From Octopus vulgaris (taxonomy: Eukaryota), in the NCBI GenBank assembly GCA_951406725.2, contig OX597820.1, forward strand, positions 33,666,001-33,730,000: 64,000 nucleotides of DNA, in the 5' to 3' direction. This document shows, in pieces, positions 1 through 11,654 of the stretch (its first letter is position 1; the number at the start of each line of letters is the position of its first letter). Below the pieces are notes generated by a model. It was not told the DNA's origin, did no database searches, and saw only the letters and a list, made by a program, of their open reading frames with translations. The position numbers and the translations under genes were made by a program.

Positions 1-145
1 TCTTTCTTCCTTCTCTTATGTTTCCGACGAAGAGCTCCGCTCGAAACGTCATACCTTCCTTCTTCCATTTTCCTGAGCGCCTAATAATAATAATACTGTA
101 ATTGTTCCACGTGTTGTTGTTTTTTCTGTTTTCCCGTTTGGATTA

Positions 146-149
<4 letters not shown>
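1..149 (+). mobile_element. 3' terminal repeat (pLTR) fragment of a Penelope-like element carrying a minimal hammerhead motif, ending at (TA)n
   Basis: CCGACGA(24-30)-A-GAGC-TCC-GCTC-GAAAC-GTC, followed by about 100 nt of T-rich tail and then (TA)n at 150-195. A diverged inverted copy follows the tract. Confidence 0.65.
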
Positions 150-195
<46 letters not shown>

Positions 196-197
<2 letters not shown>

Positions 198-470
198 TAA
201 TCCAGACATGAACAAAGAGAAAACACAACAACGCAAGGACGTGGAACAAGTATTGTGTTATTGGACGCTCAGGAAAGGAAAGAAAGAAGGAAGATTTAAT
301 GTTTTGAGCAGAGCTCTTTGTTAGAAACATAGAAAAGGAAAAGGTCCAAGGATGGGAAGACGGAGAAAGAATATCGTCAACGATACACACGCGGTCACAT
401 ATTGAAATGACCGGAAGGGAATGGGTGAAGAAAAAGTTCTTTCAAAGACATGAGAGTGCAAGAGAAGGAG
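196..470 (-). mobile_element. Decayed inverted copy of the same pLTR family
   Basis: The reverse complement of 196-340 aligns with 1-149. The HHR core is decayed to CTAACAA...GCTC AAAAC ATT, largely by CpG-type transitions. Confidence 0.6.
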
Positions 471-918
471 GTATGTGTGTATATGTGTGGGTATATGCGT
501 GCGCGCAGCTGTATGTGTGTGTGTGTGTGGTTGTGGCTGTTTATCTATGTGTGTGGTTGGGCGTAGTATCGTTTAAGGCCATAGGAAGAATTTATAGTAA
601 GAATTTTGGTAGGAGTGGCTGCCTGTTGTGTGTCTTCCTACACATGTGCGTAGGAGAATGGTCAGTAGAAGGTACTGGTAGCTTGAAGTATGTGTGTGTA
701 TGTGCGTGTATGTGTATGCAGTGTATGTGTGTTTTGTTTGTAGTGTGTGTGTATGTATGCATGTATGTGTTCGTGTGTATATGTGTGTATCCGAAGGGAT
801 TGTGTGTGGGGGGGGAGTAACTGTACTTTATTCTGTGTATGTGTGCGTGTGTGCTTGTATATGTGTGTACATGTATGTATAATTGTGTACGTGTATATAT
901 GAGTGTGTGCTGTATGTA

Positions 919-3474
919 CAGGCATAATTTGGCTTAAGTCGTTTCCATTTGAGTCATTCTCGATTATACGTCGGTTTTCAAAAATAACATGGAAAAATAT
1001 AAATCAAGTCAAGTCATTTTACACATCTTTATGTCTGTCCGCCTCAAATATTGGAATCGTAAAATCACTGGAAAACCGTTAGAAGTACATAAAATCATAT
1101 TACTGTACAATAAATAAGAATAACAGCATATAAAAATCAAATTAAAATAAGTAAAGTAAATGTTAAGATACACACCATACAGCAGTGTAGCTTAGTGAAC
1201 GAAATCATGAAATCAGCTGTGTTGTCTTATTTATCGGTCTTTCGGAGCTCATATTGCACTATAGTTCCAATATCTACCGTTAGGCGTTGTTGTCACTCGC
1301 GATTCCCGCGATTGTTTTGAATTCAGATTCGTTTACGTCTGTTTATCGGCTATTTTCTCATTTTCATTCATTGTGACTTAATTTTTCACCCCCATGGCTC
1401 CTAAGAAAATACGTAGTGAAAGTTCTAAGCGTCATGCTATAATGCTGGAACATAAACTGATAAAACGCCATGAAAAAGGTGAAAAAGTGGTTGCAATTGC
1501 ATGATTTGGGGGATGAGTCGAACAACTGTATCGACGATTGTACATAACAAGAATATTTTAGCACACATCAAATCTGAAGCCTCGGGGATTAAGAACACTG
1601 TCATCAGTAAGAAAAGGGGCAAAATCTTTGAAGAAATTAAACGTCTTCTTTCTCTTTGGGTTGTTAGGTTGAATCGTCAGTGTGCTACTATTTGTCAGAA
1701 AATCACTCAAGAGAAAGTGTTATCTGTTTGAGGACCTAAAAAAATATCCAGAGGAGAAAGGTGTAGAGTTCAAGGCAATCCAAGGATGATTCCTGAGATT
1801 TAAGAGCGATGAAGTCATCACTATATTAAGAAGCAAGGTGAAAGTACATCAGATGATGAACAAGCAGCAGCGGAATTTCCTAATGCATTAAAGAAAATCA
1901 TCGAAGAAACCGGGTTTCTTCCCGAACAGGTTTTTAATGTAGACGAAACTGGATTGTATGGAAAAAATTGCCAGACCGTTCGTTCATTTCCAAAGAGGAG
2001 AAAACTATTCCAGGCTACAAGGTCTCAAAAGAACGAGTGAACATTATGTTGGGAGGTGATTGTTCAAGAGATTTAAAGATAAAGCAATTGCTTGTGTATC
2101 ATGTACACAACCCCCGGCCCTGAAGAACATACTCCCCTGTTATATTGATGGCTAATTCAAAAGCGTGGGTTACTGTTGTTGTTTTTGAAAATTGGTTCTT
2201 CAATCATTTTATTTCAGCAGTAGAAAGGTACTGTTAGGAGAAGGTGATTCCATTTAATTCTTAGATAATGTTCCTGATCACCCGCAAAACATCGTAGATT
2301 TTGACTCCAACGTTACCGTCGTATGCCCCACCCCCCTAACACCACGTCTCTTCTGCTGCCAATGGATCAGGGAATAATTGCTATCTTCAAGCATTACTAT
2401 ATGAAGCGTACGCTGCGGCAAGCAATAGCTACAACTGATCTTGAGGAGTCCATCACACTTAGTGACTTTTGGAAGAGAAACGATATCTACAAGGCTGTAC
2501 AGAACATAGCAGCGGCATAGAATGATGTGCAGAGCACGGCTATGAACAGTGTATGGAAGAAGATATGCCCTCAATTCGTGAATGACTTTAAGGGGTTTGA
2601 TAATGTTGCAATCACAAAACGTTGGTGACTATGAGCAAAGAACTGGAAATGGATTTGGAGGAGGAGAATTTCACAGATTTATTTGAAAAAGACATGTATC
2701 CTCTGACGAACGAGGATTTTATAGAGCTTCACGAGCAGCAAAATAAAGAAGAGGAAATGGAACCTGAGCCACGTCATTTTACCATTAAGAAAATTCAGTA
2801 AGTATTTGCCTACATCAAAAAAGATCTTTCTATGGTTGAGGATATGGATCCAAATGCTCAACGCTTTTCCAAGATTTTGGGGGCTTTTCACGAAGCTCTT
2901 GTTCCTTATAATGTAATCATTGTGGAAAAGAAGACAGTTCAAGGAACACTGAACCGGTTTTTTAAGCGCATCGAACAAGAACAGCCAGAGTCAGCTGTTG
3001 ATGTTGACGAGCTACAACCATCTACATCCTCGACTTAAACCACCAAATTGTATGTACGTATTGGTAAATTTCAAATAATTTAGTTTCTTTACTATTGCAA
3101 AATAATAATACTTACTGAATTTGTTTTTTAAGCTTAAAATGGTTTTATTTTATCATGTCGTACTGCAAACCGCGTTCATAAATAAAGCGTCCGCAATGTA
3201 CGGTAAACACCGCCAAACTATGTTAATAATTTTAGATTACATTTTTTAATTGCATTGTATTAAAAAATAAAAATTATTTGTTTGTAAGCTTAAAATAGGT
3301 TTTTATTAACCATGAATTATTGAAAATGCATTCATAAATAAAGTACAGAACTGGGAATGGTTATTATCGGTTTAGCCTAAAGTCAAGTAAATTCAGCCTA
3401 GTCTAGCCTAGAGACAAGTTAATTCTAGTTGTGTCTCCTGGAACCAATTAACGATGTAGGGTGAGGTATGCCTG
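919..3474 (+). mobile_element. Tigger/pogo-type DNA transposon, full length but decayed
   Basis: TA|CAGGCATA...TATGCCTG|TA termini enclose a broken transposase ORF. Confidence 0.88.
1394..3038 (+). pseudogene. Tigger/pogo (CENP-B HTH + DDE) transposase pseudogene
   Basis: MAPKK start, GMSRTTVSTIVHNK (HTH), EQVFNVDETGL, LDNVPDHP and PPNTTSLLLPMDQGIIAIFKHYY motifs. Many frameshifts and stops. Confidence 0.9.
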
Positions 3475-3603
3475 TATACACACACACACAGCTAAATCCG
3501 ATTGAAAAGGTACTGAACTGACGGCCATTGTGGACTGTAAGCTTTTACTGTACAGCATATACTTGTGTCTGTCTATGTATTTTCTTTCTTTTCTTTCTTT
3601 CTT

Positions 3604-3643
3604 ATCCCCTGACGATGTTAATATAAACGAAAGCATTTGAGAT
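3604..3643 (+). ncRNA. Degenerate hammerhead-like motif
   Basis: atccc-CTGACGA-T-GTT-AATATA-AAC-GAAAG-CA-TTT-gagat. Stems are weak. Confidence 0.4.
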
Positions 3644-5949
3644 TAGGTGTTTTATTTCATCCTATGGTAAACAATTTGATTGTGGGTGTATGTGTGTGTG
3701 CAAGGAGTAGAGGATAGGGAGTAACTCGTTTTTAACTTTATCGACTGGAGTTACTCATTTTTAACACTTTTACTTGAAAGATTAACCATGAAAATATAGG
3801 TAAACGTGTTCTTTGTTTTGGATTATCTTGGTTAGTTAAGAGGTTATGACCATTTGATGTTGGGCTAAGTTAAAAAGTGGCAAAATAGTGATGCTTTCTC
3901 ATTCTGTTATTTTACCATATTCCACTCCGATGATTCTTTGGAACTTTTTGTATATCATAGGAAACCTTTATCCAAGACAAATAACACTGGTTTCGTTTCT
4001 GTTGCAATTAGTGGTGAATACTGGTGTACATTTACTGAATTAATACAGCGAAAAAGCATTAGATACAATATTTAGTAGAAATGGATGTACAAACGCCCAC
4101 ACATACGTGGTCTGGTGAATGTACACTCGCTCGTACAAACGCATGCGTTGTTTGGAGCACATACGCTCACACACAGAATTAAGTAGATATTAATAAAGTC
4201 AGTGCCTATCACTAGCTAGTGATAGGACTCTGCTTGGTAAGGAGTTACAGATTCTGTTGTGCGGTTCACTGGATCTGGCTGGTATACTTATAGCAGTTGC
4301 ACAGTCGTAAATACTGACATAAATATGGACACAAATACTGACATAAATATGGACGCAAATACAGTGTATTTTTTTAATGACTAATGAAATCATCGATAGC
4401 CTGTAGAAAGCAATCAATGCTAGTCGATAGGTTCACCAGTGCAGATTGGCGTTGGCTTTTTGCATTTCCATGCTACGGTAAGCTATACTTATTGAGAGAC
4501 TCAAATTCGTATTTTGCTCACTTTAAGCGGTATACAATGGCCAAGTGTTGTCCCAGTGATGTTGGTAACTAGTGTGGCATTGTATTTATAAAAATGCGGA
4601 GGTTGCAGTTATTCATCCATACGTTCAGGTAAAGTGTGGTTATTAATCTAGTCGGAAATTTCTCTAATTCATACCCTCTGCGATCGATTTCAGCGTCGGA
4701 ACATCATCAGATATCGTATTCTTGGATCAGTTTGCAAGTTTCGTGTCTATATGCAGGTCGTTGAACAAATTTCTAAGTTGAGTTTATTTTAAAGTATGAT
4801 TACGATACTTCGGAATATTAACTTAATCTTTAGAAATTGATTTTTAAAATTTAATTTAAGTTCTTTATTCTAGTTATCACTATACTATAGGACTGTGTGG
4901 GCTGATTTGTTAAGTGCGTCGGAAAAAATTTCTTACTGCTTCTTTTCCGTCTCTATACATTCAGAGTTCCAATTCTTTCGATTGTAAATTGATGGAGCCA
5001 ATAAAAGCGAAGAAATAAAGTAGACATCATCAATTATCCCCAGTTCTTTGGGTTTCAAGCCTTGTGCCAATCTGAGAAGCATTACTTACATCCATAGCTC
5101 TCGTTGATGATTTGATCATCAAAACGTGTTATTTTTGATGAATAATACTAGATTAAGATTCGAACGAAAAACCGTCATATCAAAATTAAGTGTAATAAAC
5201 GCTCTTACCGACTACATCGTTCACTATCAGACACTGTAGTTTAGCAGAAGAGAGAATAAGCCGTTGATAAGATCGCGAGAGGAGACGAAAGAAGTCTGAC
5301 GAGCTCTAAATGATTGATTGATTGATCAAACGATTAATCAAACAATCGATTGATTAAATGGTTAAATGATCAACTAGTTCACTAATAGTAATAAAAGAAG
5401 TGAAATAAAACCGGTGAATGCATTTCTTATTGTTATAATGACTTTCCAAAGATAAAAACCAAATCTCCTTCAACATACGATTTCACCTCGAGAATATTGC
5501 AAAACAGATACAAAGCTTAAATATACAATTAAGATATTTGAGATATTTGACGTTTCCGTTTCGTCCAGCAAATCGTGTGGAGTTTAGCTACTATGCAAAT
5601 AAGCCCTGCTCTAGAAGTTGATTAATTATAATTAGTGAACTGAAATAGAACCAGTGCGTGTGTTTCTCATTAGCATAAGGACCCTTCCAAGGTGTAACAC
5701 GTTGTCTATATCGGAGGGGGAAATAAACAGACTATCGAGCAGACGCGACCGTCATGTTTGGAATGCTTTTGATAAGAGGTTAACAGGATCAAAGCTGATT
5801 TAGATGACACCTTACAAAAATGGTAACAAGAACAACATACTTACTCGTAATGTAAAGTGTGGCCAATACACAAGCGGTTAATCCAATTAAAGTCACTTTT
5901 TTGTATCGATGAAGTCTGAAAAACATTTTTTCTGGTTTCTAATTGTCCT

Positions 5950-6037
5950 CTTCTTCTTCTTCTTCTTCTTCTTCTTCTTCTTCTTCTTCTTCTTCTTCTT
6001 CTTCTTCTTCTTCTTCTTCTTCTTCTTCTTCTTCTTC
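5950..6037. repeat. (CTT)n microsatellite
   Basis: Direct read. Confidence 0.97.
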
Positions 6038-6279
6038 TCTCTCCCTCTCTTTTTCTCTCACCTTTCACGAAGTGTCGTTGTTGTTATAATTGCTGTTGTT
6101 ATCTTTGTTCTTATTCTTGTTCTTGTGCTGTGGATTTTAACGTCAGAATGTGGACTGTATTGTTGTTGGGCTGTGACTAGTTCGAACAATGCTGTGGTGT
6201 TTCAAACAAGTTTATTGTTAGTGTTAGAAGGCATGTATGCTAAGTATAAGAATGTGCATGTATGCTAAGTTTATATTGT

Positions 6280-6860
6280 AAGCGTGTGTGTGTGTATGTA
6301 TGTGTGTGTGTGTGCGTGTGCAATGTGTGAGAGGGAGAAAAGAGAGATATATAGAGAGAAAAGAAGAGAAAGATATAGAAGAAAAGAGAGAGTGTTGATG
6401 TGAGGATGGAGTCAGTGACTTTAAAGGTAAATCTTTATGAATGTGTATACATACATATTTACACACTCACAAAAACACTTACACGCACACAAATACACAC
6501 ATGCACAAACGCATGCATATATATATATATAAGTTTATACAAAGACCACCACCACCGCCACCACCACTACCACCACCACCACCAGTACCTCTACCATTAC
6601 CATAAAATAATATCACATACTGTAAATATTACGTGTTGATGTATACGATTGTATGTGTGTATATACATACATACGCATATATATATATATATATATATGT
6701 AAATGCATGTGTATGTGTATGCCTATATATGTGTATGCACACACGCACACACACTTGCATGCACACACTCATGTATACATTCATGCCCATATGTGTGTGT
6801 ATGTGTGGTGTGTGCGTCGGTGAGTCCAGAAGTTTCTCTGATTTGGGCCTTGTTTGCATA

Positions 6861-6924
<64 letters not shown>

Positions 6925-7058
6925 TGTGTGTGTGTGAGATGATAGTGATGGTGGTGGGATGGGTAAACTTGATAACGAAGAGGATCAAGAAAATATAAGC
7001 AGTGGTAGTGGCGGTGGCGGTAACGGTGGTGGTGGTGGTGATGGTGGTGGCGGCGAAT

Positions 7059-7094
<36 letters not shown>

Positions 7095-7220
7095 CAAGGA
7101 GGAGGAACAGGAGGAAGGAGCAAGGGAAGAGGAGCAGGAGGATCAGGAGCAGGAGGAAGAGGAGCAGGAGGGGCAGGAAGACCAGGAGGAGCAGGAGAAG
7201 GAGGGGCAGGAGGCAATGAT
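6280..7220. repeat. Compound low-complexity block: (TG)n, (CAC)n, (TA)n, (GGT)n, (TAG)n, (GGA)n
   Basis: Direct read. It accounts for the low-complexity ORFs at 6224-7253. Confidence 0.9.
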
Positions 7221-7459
7221 GGCTGTGTAAGAAAGAAGAAGGTTAAAATCTAATAATTATAATATTGTAATTACTGCATTCACAGCTGCTGCCGTTGCAG
7301 CAACAGTTGCTGTTACTTTTGCTGTTGCAGTTGCTGCCACTGTTTTCTGATATAAGTATAACTTGGACTACATCATCCAACGTGTCTTCTTTCTTCGCTT
7401 TAAAATGCTTCGAGCACATGCAACTGCTTAATGTTTAGCATCTCTGTTATATATCAGTT

Positions 7460-7627
7460 TCACATTTTGACACAAGGCCAGCAACTAGTACTTATTTTAT
7501 CGACTCCCAAAATAATGAAAGGCAATGTCAACTTCGGCGGAATTTGAACTCAGAACGTAAAGACTGACGAAATGCCAGTAAGCATTTTTTGCCTGGTGTG
7601 CTAATGATTCTGCCAGCTCGCCGCCTT
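7460..7627 (-). mobile_element. tRNA-derived SINE family A, decayed
   Basis: Reverse complement of GGCGGCGAGCTGGCAGAATC...GAGTTCAAATTCCGCCGAAGTTGAC with A-box and B-box-like motifs. Confidence 0.8.
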
Positions 7628-7881
7628 CATCTCTATCGTATGTTGTGCATTACATCTGATTATAGCCGGAAAAAGGTAAAACACTCAATAAAAATTCCTT
7701 GATAGAATGAAAGTATATATCAACGCGAGTGTTAGGCCCTCTAAGCACCTGCTGCTTGAGGTAGCCATCGCTGTTACGTTTTTGCAAAATTGCATAGGTT
7801 CTTAGCAAAGCAGAAAACCCACGTCGGTGCTGATCATTCTTAAGATATCAATCAAGGCGGTGACATTGCCTGAAATCTAGT

Positions 7882-8547
7882 TGCAGTCGAGGTGGCAGAA
7901 GCGTTAACACGCCGGGCGAAATGCTTAGCGATATTTCGTCTGCTGCTTGTGGGTAGCCCCTTGTGGGTAGCCCCTTGTGGGTAGCCCCTTGTGGGTAGAC
8001 CCTTGTGAGTAGCCCCTTGTGGGTAGTAAAGAAATAGGTATTTCGTCTGCCGCTACGTTCTGAGTTCAAATTCCGCCGAGGTCGACTTTGCCTTTCATCA
8101 TTTCGGGGTCGATAAAATAAGTACCAGTAATGCACTGGGGTCGATATAATAGACTTAATCCGTTTGTCTGTCCTTGTTTGTCCTCTATGTGTTTAGCCCC
8201 TTGTGGGTAGTAAAGAAATAGGTATTTCGTCTGCCGCTACGTTCTGAGTTCAAATTCCGCCGAGGTCGACTTTGCCTTTCATCATTTCGGGGTCGATTAA
8301 ATAAGTACCAGTAATGCACTGGGGTCGATATAATCGACTTAATCCGTTTGTCTGTCCTTGTTTGTCCTCTCTGTGTTTAGCCCCTTGTGGGTAGTAAAGA
8401 AATAGGTATTTCGTCTGCCGCTACGTTCTGAGTTCAAATTCCGCCGAGATCGACTTTGCCTTTCATCCTTTCGGGATCGATAAATTAAGTACCAGTTACG
8501 CACTGTCTCCTCTGTGTTTAGCCCCTTGTGGGTAGTAAAGAAATAAG
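7882..8547 (+). mobile_element. tRNA-derived SINE family A, multimeric (about 184-bp internal unit x3, plus a 14-bp minisatellite)
   Basis: B box GAGTTCAAATTCC and central GCCTTTCATCCTTTCGGGGTCGATAAATTAAGTACCAG. Units restart at about 8039, 8222 and 8406. (CTTGTGGGTAGCCC)n at 7947-8025. Confidence 0.88.
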
Positions 8548-8639
8548 GGATTTCGTCAATGTGCTACTAACAGATTGGCTTTGGAGAATTTCGCCAGTTT
8601 TTGTAACTTATTAACATCGGTGAAACGAACTAGTATTTC

Positions 8640-8660
8640 TAGGGTTAGGGTTAGGGTTAG
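8640..8660 (+). repeat. Short interstitial (TTAGGG)n
   Basis: TAGGGTTAGGGTTAGGGTTAG. Confidence 0.8.
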
Positions 8661-8668
8661 TAAGTTTT

Positions 8669-8748
<80 letters not shown>

Positions 8749-9495
8749 GGCAGGAACGATTCAACCTGATACCGGTGGAGCTGCGCAAGGTAACTCTTTC
8801 AAAGAAGATGATGTTAAAACTTAGGTAAATAAGTGATAAGACATAACAAGTCTGGGAACCTTTTGATTCAACCTCCTATATGCATTGTATATATATATAT
8901 ATATATATTTATAATAAGATTAGCTCGTATACGAGTGGGTATATATTTGTAAAAAATGAAGTTCGAAAATGCTGCTATATTAGACAAATTTTTAATTTTT
9001 ATATATACATTATTTATTTAACATGTTTCGGTTCTTGAAATGATGAACCTTATGAAAAAAAATTATATATAAAAAAAGATAGTTCATGCTATCAAATATA
9101 AAAAATTCATATATAATATACAATAGAGTCAGACATCAAAAGTTCATATATAGTGAAGTGAGTTCATGCTATATGTTTAAAGAGTATGATGTAGTAGTTC
9201 ATAGTGGTGATATGCATTCAATATAAAAAATAGTTCATAGTGGTGATATGCATTCAATATAAAAATTGATGTTCTTGAAAAAGCGAGGAATTCATTTTAG
9301 ATTTTACCTTGAGCAACTGTGATGACTTTTGGTCGGTGTCGCTAAGGACCTTTTGCGATTCGCCCTGCGGCGACTTTTGAGCTGCATTTTTATATTGAGT
9401 AAGAGATGGAAGTCTACTGGTGCTAAATCTGGTGAATAGAGCGAGTGTGGAAGCGATATCATCTTGTTTTTGGCTAATAAAGAAGTCATGTGATC

Positions 9496-9542
<47 letters not shown>

Positions 9543-9545
<3 letters not shown>

Positions 9546-9697
9546 GATCACATGACTTCTTTATTAGCCAAAAACAAGATGATATCGCTTCCACACTCGC
9601 TCTATTCACCAGATTTAGCACCAGTAGACTTCCATCTCTTACTCAATATAAAAATGCAGCTCAAAAGTCGCCGCAGGGCGAATCGCAAAAGGTCCTT
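9543..9697 (+). pseudogene. Mariner transposase fragment (mirrored at about 9345-9498 on the minus strand)
   Basis: LPHSLYSPDLAPVDFHLLLNIKMQLKSRR, matching the mariner HPPYSPDLAP motif. Confidence 0.85.
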
Positions 9698-9975
9698 AGC
9701 GACACCGACCAAAAGTCATCACAGTTGCTCAAGGTAAAATCTAAAATGAATTCCTCGCTTTTTCAAGAACATCAATTTTTATATTGAATGCATATCACCA
9801 CTATGAACTATTTTTTATATTGAATGCATATCACCACTATGAACTACTACATCATACTCTTTAAACATATAGCATGAACTCACTTCACTATATATGAACT
9901 TTTGATGTCTGACTCTATTGTATATTATATATGAATTTTTTATATTTGATAGCATGAACTATCTTTTTTATATAT

Positions 9976-10027
9976 AATTTTTTTTCATAAGGTTCATCAT
10001 TTCAAGAACCGAAACATGTTAAATAAA
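9976..10027 (+). ncRNA. Inactivated hammerhead-like motif (mirrored at about 9013-9065)
   Basis: TTCATAA-GGTTC-loop-GAACC-GAAAC-AT-GTT. The homologue at 35874-35920 has TTGATAA. Confidence 0.55.
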
Positions 10028-10123
10028 TAATGTATATATAAAAATTAAAAATTTGTCTAATATAGCAGCATTTTCGAACTTCATTTTTTACAAATATATA
10101 CCCACTCGTATACGAGCTAATCT

Positions 10124-10198
<75 letters not shown>

Positions 10199-10199
10199 A

Positions 10200-10355
10200 T
10201 ATAGGAGGTTGAATCAAAAGGTTCCCAGACTTGTTATGTCTTATCACTTATTTACCTAAGTTTTAACATCATCTTCTTTGAAAGAGTTACCTTGCGCAGC
10301 ACTACACCGGTATCAGCGTTCCTGCCACTTTTGGAATACGGCCTGGAAATTATTA
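10200..10355 (-). mobile_element. Mariner 3' end and TIR (mirrored at 8744-8880)
   Basis: FQAVFQKWQER*YRCSAAQGNSFKED matches a mariner C-terminus. It is followed by a TIR-like GGGAACCTTTTGATTCAACCTCCTA. Confidence 0.75.
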
Positions 10356-10803
10356 AAGATAGTATGTTGTTACAGAATGATACAGGAGAAAAGACAGAAA
10401 TAATGAATTTATTTTATTTGTTTATTCATTAGAGGGTTACAGCGATTCTGAAAAATAAAATCTTAGTAGGCGGTTCTCCGTATTTTCAGTCAATCAATCA
10501 ATCGATTGATGAAACTAAGCCACTGACCAAACCGTCGACGACGACGACGTCAAAGTCGACATATGAATGTTCAGATTTTTGCCGAACGGCCTTTCTCAAA
10601 TGATTTGATTATAGTGATCAAATGTATGTGCTGTAGATTAGCTCACACCCTCCATTGTGTATTACACATCAGCTATTATCGAAGTGATCTCAGTGTTCAA
10701 AAACACAACGCACACCCGGTCTATGTATGTATGTATGTATGTATGTATGTATGTATGTATGTATGTATGTATGTATGTATGTATGTATGTATGTGTGTGT
10801 ATG

Positions 10804-10989
10804 TGTTATGTCGCACGTTCGGATGACCTCTACTCAACTCCACTCTGCTCTCAACTACTCTACTACCCTGCTATTCTGTTTTAGTCTACTATTTCTCAAC
10901 AGTTCTAGTCTCTGACGACGTCGAGACTTCTCCCTCTATATCTACGTATTGGGCTAGCCGAATTCATCGTCTGGGGGGTCCACACAACA
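10804..10989. mobile_element. Candidate short (186-bp) solo LTR
   Basis: TGTTATGT...ACACAACA termini, with a 5-bp TSD GTATG on both sides inside a (TATG)n tract. Confidence 0.55.
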
Positions 10990-11654
10990 GTATGTATGTA
11001 AGGTCATTTATGAGGTTCTCACAAGTGCTGCTGGTAACATGGAATCTAGTACAACCTGTAGCATGGTCGGGTTGTCGGTGACTAAACTGGAACCTCCACC
11101 AGGCTACCCTGGTGAGGAGAGTTGCTAAAACAAGACCTGTTGAAAGGTCGGATGAACCTAGTGCAGGCTCAACGGCTATCTAGCAGTAGCACAGGTACGC
11201 AGATATTCCGAGATGGTGTCCATTGTGCTAGAAGACCACAGGGAGTGAGGCACCCCTCAGCTTCTGTTGAAGCATGTCTCTACGAGAAGGTCACTCTGTT
11301 ATAAAACCAGATATTTTTTTTTTTAATCTAGTTTCAGCTCACGAGCTATTTCCATGCATGGAATGGCATTAGACATTTTTGGGATCTTTGGTTTGTGCTA
11401 GAGATCATGGCGCTCCCACATCCCTGAGCCTGTGACTCATATTAGCACCATACATCTTGCTCTGGCTTGTCTCTGGATAATGTCAAGAGAGTGGGGAAGG
11501 TCTATGAGGCGCCGTGCAAGCCTTATTGGACCTAAAACTCTGCACAGGCATTGGTGACCTCTGCTCGATATATGCTGCACCCCCCTATATATATTTATTT
11601 TGTTTTTAGTATATATTTAATTTATTTTTAGTATATATTTATTTTATTTTTATT

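Larger units (their letters stand above)
8744..10331. repeat. About 1.59-kb near-perfect palindrome centred on (TA)n
   Basis: 8744-9498 is the reverse complement of 9543-10331. The ORF track gives an identical 105-aa ORF on both strands. Confidence 0.95.

Noticed and set aside
4205-4226. Resemblance of the palindrome to bacterial tetO
   Set aside because: The spacing differs and there is no vector or bacterial context; coincidental.
4677-4715. Minus-strand CTGATGA...GAAAT-CG-ATC hammerhead core
   Set aside because: Stem I cannot form and stem II is marginal, so it was not counted.
11040-11300. Possible RTE-type 5' end with an HDV-like ribozyme (GGTGACT...AGTTGCT)
   Set aside because: Only P1 could be paired; P1.1, P2 and P3 were not convincing by eye.
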